In this document: piece by piece, positions 54,310 to 64,000 of the stretch | Position numbering within the stretch: the stretch's first letter is position 1 | Layout of the letters: every line of letters starts with the position of its first letter | Assembly (NCBI RefSeq): GCF_006345805.1 | Contig: NC_042999.1 | Span: forward strand, 90,334,001 to 90,398,000 | From: Octopus sinensis | Lineage: Eukaryota | Reading direction: 5' to 3' | Length of the DNA: 64,000 bases | Translations under genes and position numbers: made by a program | Notes under the pieces: generated by a model | What the model was told of the DNA's origin: nothing | The model's input: only the letters and a program-made list of their open reading frames with translations | The model's database searches: none

Positions 54310-56040
54310 AGATATACAAAATCACACACACACAAAAACAATGCAAACATCCGACGCAAACACACACACACATACATACATATACACACATGCACAAACA
54401 CAATATCCCCACACTAGAGCACAAACCCACACACATTCCAAGAAAAAACACATATTTCTATACACTTGCAATATGATTCTAGCAACCATAACCAACACTC
54501 ACATATACACACACACATACGTAAGCACGTACATGCACACACCACCCCGACAATTACAAATCACATATACAAACACAACCACACATACACAGATACACAC
54601 ACAAACATGCAACTACAACACAACCTACACAAACACACGCACATATATGCACACATGTATACACACACACACACATTATGCCCATACCCCAGTAATAAAA
54701 TCATACACACACATACACCCAAAAGAAAAAACACACATATGTATATATATATACACAATACAATCCCAACAACCACAACAAACACACATACACACAAGCA
54801 TGCACACACACAATGACATATACAAACACAACCACACATACAAAGATACACACACAAACATGCAACTACAACACAACCTACACAAACACACGCACATATA
54901 TGCACACATGTATACACACACACACACAATATGCCCATACCCCAGTAATAAAATCACACACACACATACACCCAAAAGAAAAAACACACATATGTATATA
55001 TACACACAATACAATCCCAACAACCACAACAAACACTCACAAACACACATACACACAAGCATGCACACACACACAATGACACACATCTCCCTGACAAATA
55101 CAAGACACATAGACATACTCACACAAACACACCGACACGTATACACACACACTGCACTAACAATACAAACAAAAGAAATCACTCACAAATGCAGCACACA
55201 CACCCGGAAACTATATAAACCATATCCACATATATACACACACAAATGCATACTCAGTACCAACATACACAAAACGCACATGCACACACATACACACCAC
55301 CCAGATAAACCCAACACACAGACACACACAGAACTCCTGATAAATACAACACACACACACATATACACCCACACATACATATGCACACTCATACATACAT
55401 ACAGTTGCTCACACACACACCACAAGGACAATTAAAACACAAACATACTCAGACAGACATAACAGAGACACTCACGTACACACACATAACATCCCCACCA
55501 TCACAAAACACACAAGCATACACACACACACTGATGCACACATACATATGCATCCTCACACACACACACCAGAAGAACAATTAAAACAATACAAACATAC
55601 TGAGAGAGAGACACACATACACACACATACACACACATACTCACGTACACACACATAACATCCCCGCCAACACAAAATACACAAATATACATGCGCACAC
55701 ACACACAGATGCACACAAACACACACGTGAACAAACACATACACACAACACCCTGACAAATACCAATCACACACATACACACAACACAGGACAATCATAA
55801 CATAAACATATTAAGAGACACACACACAGTCATGTACACACACACACACACTCACGTACACACGCATAACATCCCCACCAACACAAAAGACACACAAGCA
55901 TACACACACACCCAAATGCACACATACACACACATGCGCACACACAACACCCTAACAAATATTAATCACACACATACACACACACGCAAACATGCACACA
56001 TATACACACCATCCTACCAAATATAAAACACACACAGACA
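54310..56040. repeat. CA-rich degenerate repeat containing a 253-bp tandem duplication
   Basis: 54563-54815 is repeated at about 54816-55080; ctcacgtacac recurs three times further on. Confidence 0.9.
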
Positions 56041-57099
56041 CATATGGCTTCTATGGTTGGATGCCCTTTCTTATGCCAACCATTTAGCTGAGTATAGTGG
56101 GTGCTTTGTTTCAAGGCATAAGCACAATGAAGTCACCAAATAACTCACAAGACAAGACCCTTTGACTAAGTGGGGGTGGTGTGTAATACTGAGGAAAGTG
56201 GTTTTATGCCAGATATTGAGAGGTTAATCATGGACAAACTGTGGCCTGCAAGACTACCTGATGACATGCTTAATGGAAAACTACCATAAATTTTTTTAGA
56301 AGTGAGGCTTGCTTGATAGCGAACCATGTCTCTTGCCCACTTCTCCAAAAAAGTTGCCCATACCCAAATTAAAGTATGATAGAGGGACAGGAACAGATGT
56401 CTTGCAGTACAGAAGATACATGGCTAACCCAGATGGAAAGAGAGACAAGTGATGGCAGTGGCAAGGTGTCAGGGTGTACTCTTAAGGTACAAGAAATTAA
56501 ATATAAAAGAGAATATGGGTAAAGGATTGAAAAGTGTGGGTAGGCAAGTTTGTAAGATGGTCAAAGATGGGATAGAGGTAGCTGCAGTGAGTCATGTATA
56601 AAGGTGGAGGCATGGTCGAGGAAATGGAATTGGGTCAGGGAAGGGGAGGTGATAAGTAACAGAACAAAAGGAAGTGGGTGGTGGAGAGTAACACCATAAT
56701 AAAACCATAGATATATGAGAAATAGGGAGATGATGTGAAGTATGGAGGGTAAGAGAAGGACGCACTGTGATAGAGATGGAGGTCAGAGAAATGTAGGAGT
56801 GGAAATAATGAACAAAGGTTGGGGAGAGGCATTAGAAGCAAATATAGTGTGTGTTCAAGGAGAGGAGTATACAATAGAAAATAAGTGGTAAGGGATGATA
56901 CAGTGAGTGTGATATGGGTGCCAAAAAAAAGTACCTCCAAGGAGAGATATGACCGATAGTACAAAAGCGGGGTCATGTAATTATAGCACCTGATTGAGTA
57001 GTGCTGTAGGTAGAAGAGAAATGGAAGGACAGGTCTTAGGGAGATGAGTGTGAGGGAAGACTTGACAGACAGATTGAGTTTAGAGGCACAGACATAAAT

Positions 57100-57960
57100 A
57101 CGCTTTTAGGATCTCATTTTTGATGAGATAGGTCTTTTCAAGCACAGTGTATTGCTATTCATCTTTGTACTTAATCATCTCTTCCATGTGGCTCGACATA
57201 CTGAGGTCAGTCTTCACTACTTCATCCCACTTTTCCTCTCACACCATTTTTATCCATGTTTAGTGATCAGCACTTCTTTATGTAGCTGTCTTCAAATATT
57301 TGCATTACATGGCCATACAAGCACAATCTTATCTCTCACACTAGTTCCAATTACTCTTAGATCCAATTTATATCTCAATCCATTTCCCGATTGTCACACA
57401 TGCACATTGATATTGCACATAAAACAAATCATACTAGCTTCAATTCTTTCTAATCTTTGCATATCTTCTGCATTTACAGCTCACATTTTACTACTTTGAA
57501 GCATATACAATCTGCCTTTGACTCTGAGAGAGAAACCTTTTACTACCAACCAGTTAGTTCTGAATGCTATCCTATTCTTATTCTGGAAACTATACTCCAC
57601 TGATAATTAGGTCACCTAGGTAACAGAAACTACCCACTATCACTAAGAATTTTCCTGGGTATTGAAGAAAATCATCTGCCACAAAGAAAGTCAACTTTCT
57701 CTGTTATTCTTCTTGTAATCCCACTGTATCTCTGGTGTGTCCAAAGCTTGCACTGAATGCATCATATGAAATTTCTACTTTACGTATCCTACAACTAAAG
57801 CAAGGCCATTTACCTGAAGTGATTAAAGTCTTGTCAGTTTTCTTGCTAACTAGAACTTTGATAAGTTAACTTTAAGGTCCTTTGATCCCAGCTTTTGCCT
57901 ACACACATGGAATTTCATTCTTAATTCTATTACAGATTTAGCTATAAGAACAAGGTTATC
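57100..57960 (-). mobile_element. RTE LINE 3' half, decayed
   Basis: Minus-strand remnants of GKWPC..CRK, VGSFCYLGDL, KGFSLRVKGRLY and KWDEVVKTDLSM. Confidence 0.85.
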
Positions 57961-57989
57961 ATATATGAATAATAAATATATATAAATAT

Positions 57990-58556
57990 ATATCTCAGTT
58001 GCATTAATTTAATTTAATTCATCCTTAGTCGAAAGACACCTGTTGTTATGTCCTGTTATTTGTATTTGTGTAATATTGTCCATTTTTAAAAATATTTTTC
58101 CATCCTTGTTTTCATATACATTTGCTGCTTTCTTCCAAGGAATCTAATGCTCTTAGCTTAGTTTTTCCTTGGGGCTGGCCAGATTGGAGCAATCTTGAGT
58201 ATAACCAGCTGAAATTGTAAAGATAATCTGGAACTTGACTGAGGATAGAAAACTCTGAATGACCCGTCCTTTTTTCTTTGTATCATCTATCTGGATGTTT
58301 TGCTGTCCCTTTTTTGTATTACCTAACTGTCTGGATGTTTTGCATTCTTGTCCCATTTAGTATTTTGTGACTGCGTGTGTACCGTTGGCGATTTTTACCT
58401 CTGTCTTCCCTTCCTTGGATCTTTCCTTTTCGTATGTTTCTGATGAAGAGCTCTACTCGAAACGTTAAATCCTCCTTCTTTCCATTACTGAGTGCCCAAT
58501 AACACTATACTTGTTCCACGTCCTCGCGTTGTTGTGTTTTCATGTTTGGATTAACT
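57990..58556 (+). mobile_element. Penelope-like (pLTR-type) repeat carrying a hammerhead motif
   Basis: TA-flanked, T-rich repeat ending ...tttCTGATGAagagctctactcGAAACGTTaaat...; family assignment is inferred from the motif. Confidence 0.6.
58436..58470 (+). ncRNA. Minimal type-I hammerhead ribozyme-like motif
   Basis: Stem I GTTT/AAAT; core CTGATGA (58440-58446); stem II GAG/CTC with an extra A; GAAA (58459-58462); palindromic ACGT stem III; NUH triplet GTT. Confidence 0.6.
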
Positions 58557-58567
58557 ATATATATATA

Positions 58568-58715
58568 TCATCATCATCATCATCATCGTTTAGTGTCTGT
58601 TTTCCATGGTAGTACGGGTTGGACAGTTCAACTGAGGTCTGGGAAGCCAGGAAGCTGCACCAAGCTCCAGTCTGATCTGGCAGTGTTGCTACAGCTGTAT
58701 GCCCTTCCTAACGTC
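58568..58715 (-). mobile_element. RTE 3' UTR tip
   Basis: (cat)n cgtttagtgtctgttttccatgg...gcccttcctaacg. Confidence 0.8.
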
Positions 58716-58719
58716 ATAT

Positions 58720-60045
58720 ACTTAGTGTATGATTTTATTTTAACATCCATTTGCAGCAGGATAGCATCCAAAGAAATTATTTACTACTTCTAAGGATCCC
58801 ACCAGACATTTGAGGAAGTCTATTTTCTGTATATTCTTAGTGTTTATTGTACCTGCACATCTGCCACACACAAAGACTACTTTTTCTGTTAACCTTCCCA
58901 TGATACCTCTGCACTGCTTAAATGTCCTTAGCTTCCCAGGGTACACTGTATGGAATTTCTATCAACATCTTTCCTACTTACCAGCAGCGTCATCTCCCTG
59001 AAGAGATTTGAGATTTATGTTTTTGTACTTACTAGGATTTTGGTGTTAGCCATATTTACTCTAAGGCCCTTAGATTCCAGACCTTGCTTCAATACCTGAA
59101 ATATCCTCTCTAGTCCAGATAGTGATTCAGCTATAAGAACAAGGCCATTAGTGTAGAGGAGCTCCCAACCAGTCTTATATTCCTCTGTTATGACCTAGAG
59201 GACTTTGATAATCAAGAGGTTGGCGAGAACTGGTTCTTGGTGAACTCCTACTTGTACACTAAATTCATTGATATACTCATTGCCAACCTTCACCTTACTG
59301 ATAGCATCATTGTACATCGCTTGTACTGTTTTCACCAAGCACTCATTTATTCCTAACTTCTACACTGAACCCTGATAAGCCTTCTTCAGGTCTACAAAAG
59401 ACAAATACATAGGATTATTCATGGTTAAATTCTTCTCCTGCAGTTGCCCAACCAGGAAAATAGCATCAGTAGTGTTTCTTTCTGGTACAAAACTGAACTG
59501 CATCTCATGCAGGCTAACACTCTTCCTAATTAGTTGAGTTGTAACCCTCTAGGTAACTTTCATGATCTGGTCCAACAATTTGATACCTTTGTAATTATTT
59601 CTGTCTAAGACATCACCTTTGCCTTTGTAACAGTTAACAACATGGTCACAACAGGCATTGGGTATGACTCACTTGTGGACAACCTGATTAACTATACTGG
59701 TGACTAGGACATATCCCATTTTACCAGATATTTTAAGCATTCCAGCAGTGATTCCTGAAGGGCTGGGTCCTTTTCCTCTCTTCATATCCTTAATTGATTT
59801 AGCTACCAAGTTACTGTCAGTTCAGATAGCCGGTCTCTCTGTTGGGTCCACATTAGACAGACTCTCCTCTCATACATTCTGTACATTTAGCAGCCAATCA
59901 TAGTAGCATTTCCAGGCCTCTTTCTTTGCAGATCACTAACTCCAAGTGATCCATCATCCATGTCAACACACTTCTCTCCTACAACATCACAATTTTCTCT
60001 CACACACTGTTGAGAGCTTTTCTTGGATGCTGTCCCACAGCAAAT
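58720..60045 (-). mobile_element. RTE LINE RT region, decayed; a separate copy from 57100-57960
   Basis: VQVGVHQ...TEEYKTGWELLYTNGLVLIA, NYKGIKLLDQIMKV, FVPERNTTDAIFL. It overlaps the 57100 copy in element coordinates (both contain agctataagaacaagg). Confidence 0.88.
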
Positions 60046-60082
60046 GGACATTTAAACAAAATATATAAACATGCATGTGCAC

Positions 60083-60603
60083 CTGATTATATTTACATTA
60101 CTAGAGCTTCATTTAATTCATATCCCCTTCAAACCTAAAGTGTAATGATGATGGAACAGTTTAGTAGAGGGGGCCATTAGAGCAAAGGCACAAGCCTGGA
60201 AGGATTGGAAATGTGGTAATAGCAAGGATCTGTATCAAGTTGGTAGACAGGTATATTTAGCTTGGGGAGACACATATAGAAGTCTGCAAATGTTCTGCAG
60301 CATAAGGACCAGTGGCTTGAGGCATTTTTGATTGCAAGACTGTCTTGCAATCAAAAATACCTCAAGTCACTGGTCTTCATGCTGCAGAACATTTGCAAAC
60401 TTCTTCCTATCTGTGTTTCCCCTAGCTAAATATACCAGTGTAGCAACTTGATACAGATCCTTGCTACCACCACATTTCCAGTCCTTCCAGGCCCGCGTCT
60501 TTGCTCTAATGGCCCTCTCTACTACACTGATCCATCACCATTACACTTTAGGTCTGAAGGGGATATGAATTAAAAGCAGCTCTAGTAATGTAAATATTAT
60601 CAG
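60083..60603. repeat. Fold-back palindrome, arms about 258 bp, 1-nt centre
   Basis: Centre attgcaagac-t-gtcttgcaat at 60341; arms about 88% identical with one 4-nt indel. Confidence 0.96.
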
Positions 60604-60784
60604 TGGTTTATGTATTTTGTTTAAATGCCCATTTGCTCTGGGACAGCATGTAAGAAAAGCTCCCAACACAACTTTGAGTGTTAAAGAACACTGAGTATCC
60701 CAGATGAGGTGAGAAAACTCACCTCAAAGTGATTAAGAATGGCATATACTGATATTTTGCAATCCTTGTGGCTTATCAATACCA

Positions 60785-61091
60785 CGAATTGCTGATCTGG
60801 CACTTAATTGCAAATGAAGCCAGATGAAACCATAACCCGTGGCCTATGCCAGGAGCATAACCAGCCCGCTTATGCATAGCTTTTCCTTCTTTGGTCACTA
60901 AACTTTGCTTGCGAAGACCTGTTGAGGCAAGTGAAATCAAAATCATTTCGATGACTGGCATCCGTGCTAGTGGGGTGCAAAGAGCACCATACGAGTGTGA
61001 TCGTTGACAGAGTGGCTATTCGAGTATGATCATTACCAGCGTCGCCTCACTGGCACTTATGCCTGTGCTAGTAGGGTGCCATGTATATGTT

Positions 61092-61128
<37 letters not shown>

Positions 61129-61473
61129 GTATCTATATGTATATATATGCCAAGAACACCCAAGTAGGGTGCCAGAGCAGCCAACTGGCTTCTATACCCG
61201 TGGCACGTAAAAGGGCACCATTCGAGCATGATCATTACCAACATCGTTTCACTGGCACCTGTGTCAGTGGCACGTGCAAAACGATTTGAGCAAGGTCATT
61301 GCCAGTACCGCCTGACTACACACTCGGAGTGGTTGGTGTTAGGAAGGGCATCCAGCTGTAGAAACTCAGCCAGATCAAGACTGGAGCCTGGTGCAGCCAT
61401 CTGGTTGCCAGCCCTCAATCAAAACCGTCCAACCCATGCTAGCATGGAAAACAGACGTTAAATGATGATGATG
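60785..61473 (+). mobile_element. RTE 3' UTR with sub-repeats and an internal microsatellite
   Basis: gaagacctgttgaggcaagtg block, repeated gtggcacgt-aaa units, standard terminal motif and GAT tail. Confidence 0.85.
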
Positions 61474-61584
61474 GTATATCCATATACACAAAAATGCACA
61501 TATACATGCTTATACACACACACATATAGTAGAGTATATTAAATGAGTTAAATCATTCTCAACATACCATAGCAGAATAGTATT

Positions 61585-61870
61585 CATCATCATCATCGTT
61601 CAATGTTTGCTTTCCATGCTGGCATGGGTTAGACGGTTTGACTGAGGGCAGGTGAGGTAGAAGGCTGCACCAGGCTCCAATCTGATCTGGCAAAGTTTCT
61701 ACAGCTAGATGCCCTTCCTAATGCCAACCACTCTGAGAGTGTAGAGGGTGCTTTTTAAGTGCCACTAGCACAAGGGTCAATCAAGCAGTACTGGCATCGA
61801 CCACGCTTGAATGATGCTTTTTATGTGCCACTGGCATGGGAGCCAGCTAGGTGGCACTGGCAATGACCAC
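61585..61870 (-). mobile_element. RTE 3' UTR, tail-to-tail with the previous copy
   Basis: (cat)n cgttcaatgtttgctttccatgctggcatgggtt...ggtgctttttaagtgcc. Confidence 0.85.
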
Positions 61871-62430
61871 ACTCTTCAATTTCATTCAGTGGTTAAGAAT
61901 GTTTAATATATTTTCTATATACAGTATTCTTTCAACAATTTTTAAATAACTTTAATAGCATATTCAAAACAGATAACTGTATGTAGCTCTTTCTATAGCA
62001 TGTTCACTTCTTGATGTAAAGATAAAATACACGACAACTCTCAACATAGAAGAGGCGACAAGAATAACAAAGAATATTGTTTTCAAAAATGTTCTTCCCT
62101 TAGATTATACATTCAACAATACCTAAGTGGACTTTACACCAATCAAGAAACAATTGCTTCACACAAAATAGAATTTCAAAAGAAATCATGTATTTCATGG
62201 TTCTCTATAAATTTCTACTTGTCTTATTTTTATCAAAATAACTGAAAATTCTATAGCTACTGCTAGCGTAAATATATTGCAATAAAACACTATCTGCTTT
62301 TTGCTCTCTCCTTAGTAAGCTTAGAAAATTTTAAAACTCAGTCTTTGATGAATTTTAGTCTACTCAATATGATTATCAACAACATTTAAAACTTTTGCTT
62401 ATAAAAATATTTTGAGACTAAATTTTACAT

Positions 62431-63921
62431 TACAAGGGTGGGATGAAAAGATGCTAGAGCTGTGAAATCTTGCATGCATTAATTTAAATCTTCTTATCAA
62501 TAACTGTATTGTTTCTTTCCAGGCAAACTGACATATGACTATTCAAAGATGACTTCAAAAGTAACTAGTAGCAGTTTCTCTTGCAAGTGGACAAAATTTG
62601 GTCTTGTGATGTTATTAAGTACCTGCAGAAAAAGGGTTTAGCTCCCCTCAACAACAGTCATGTAGACAAGGTTGCTACATTAGAGAATGACACTCCAGCT
62701 TTATTAACTGTACAAAAGTGGGAAGGGAGGGTCTTGAAGATGACTCAAGATCTGGACATTCTACAACTACCATTACTGAGGGAAACATTGATTGCGTTCA
62801 CCACATGGTGATGGATGACAAGTGATTGACTATAAATCAATTAGCCAATGTTAATAGCCTATCCTGTGAGAGAGTTGAGAATATTCAGCACAATGAACTT
62901 GGCAAGATGAATGTTTCTGCTCAGTGAGTGTCATGTCTTCTAACACCTGATCAAAAGTGCACCAGGTTGATCACATCACAGAAAAATCTGATATTGTTTT
63001 AGGCAGATCCAGCTGGTTTCCTTGAATGTTTCCTAACCCAGAATGAATGTTGGGATCATCACTGAGTTAGAGAGAAAGAGACAATTCATGCAATGGAAAC
63101 ATCTCTTCTCACCAAAGAAGGCCAAGGTAGTTTCATCTGCAGAGAAGGTGATGATCACAGTTTCGTGGAATGCAAAATGGTATTGTGATTATTGATTAAT
63201 CCCTGACTGGCTCCTGTGCCAGTGGCATGTAAAATGCACTATCTGAACATGATCAATGCCAGGCCTGCCTGACTGGCTCCTGTGCCAGTGGAATGTAAAA
63301 ATCAGTCACTACACTCTCAGAGTGGTTGGTTTTAGGAAGAGCATCCAGCTGTAGAAATATTGCCAGATCAGATTGGAGCCTGGTGCAGCCGCTGACACTC
63401 CAGACATCACTCAAACCGTCCAACCCATGCCAGCATGGACAACAGACATTAAACGATGATGATGATCAAAAGGACCATACTGTCAATAGAGAGTATTATG
63501 CCAGCTTGCTGAGGCAGTTACAAAAGGTTATCAAAACAAAACACCCAGGAAAAGAAGACTTATTTCATCAGTAAAATGCTCCAGCACACAAGTTTTTATT
63601 TCAGTGGTTACTGTGTATGACTGTGGCTTTGAACTGGTTGATCACCCTCCCTATTCTGATTTGGCCCCATCTGACTCATCTATTTTCCAACATAAAAAAT
63701 ACTTGATTGGGAACCAGTATTGCAGTGATGATATACACGTTGTTGATGGCCTTTTTGATCAACAGGATGAAAGCTTTTTCATCAATGGGATCCAAACACT
63801 GCAACACTGATGGAAGAAGTGTGTAGACTGCAAGGAGGAATATGTTGAAAAATAAACCTCATTTGGTCACATTCCATGAAAGTATCTTGGTCAGCCTATG
63901 AACTTTTTAGCTGAACCTCAC
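62431..63921 (+). mobile_element. Dead mariner element (irritans/Himar1-like), interrupted at 63201-63466
   Basis: Transposase remnants VIKYLQKKGLAP, LTPDQK, QFMQWKH, SAEKVM, REYYASLL, HQ*NAP, HPPYSDLAPSD, WKKCVDCKEEYVEK*. Right TIR gtcagcctatgaactttttagctgaacctc; partial left TIR tacaagggtgggatgaaaag. Confidence 0.9.
63201..63466 (+). mobile_element. RTE 3' UTR nested inside the mariner transposase
   Basis: Splits GIVIID|QKDHTVN; carries two sub-repeats, the terminal motif and a GAT tail. Confidence 0.88.
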
Positions 63922-64000
63922 ACTACAAGCCAAAATAACTATAACTAGATAAATTCAAATTTCATCAGCTTTATAATTTTAGAAAAAAAGAACAGTTCAT

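Noticed and set aside
54341-55798. 364-aa H/T-rich ORF and its antisense C/V-rich ORFs
   Set aside because: Translation of the CA-rich degenerate repeat.
60705-60750. GAG|GTGAGT donor within a 9-bp hairpin; possible 26-nt phase-2 exon (YMPFLITL)
   Set aside because: Weak acceptor and no similarity to MADD.

Overview
AT-rich, repeat-dense animal genomic DNA. The very long (TA)n/(TACA)n arrays, RTE-LINE 3' ends with (GAT)n tails, tRNA-derived SINEs and mariner relics suggest an Octopus-type cephalopod genome (inference). The only host gene I can support is an internal part of MADD (DENN/MADD, aex-3-type Rab3/Rab27 GEF) on the minus strand. I mapped 18 coding exons by hand between 46178 and 14011. 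All have AG/GT boundaries and mutually compatible phases (2636 nt, about 878 codons), running from the DENN region to the motif EARSLHEEHMVAAL. I did not find the N-terminal or C-terminal exons; they probably lie outside the window. The rest is intronic: decayed CR1-like and RTE LINEs, SINEs, two dead Tc1/mariner elements and microsatellites. The most notable features are: (i) several unrelated long fold-back palindromes with tiny loops (arms of about 97, 143 and 258 bp) plus inverted RTE 3'-UTR pairs, which would form long dsRNA in the MADD pre-mRNA; (ii) a minimal hammerhead-ribozyme motif in a Penelope-like repeat; (iii) an in-frame alternative donor and candidate microexons in MADD. Long ORFs in the supplied track are microsatellite artefacts. 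Exon coordinates were counted base by base; repeat boundaries are approximate. No database searches were run, and homology calls rest on recalled family sequences.
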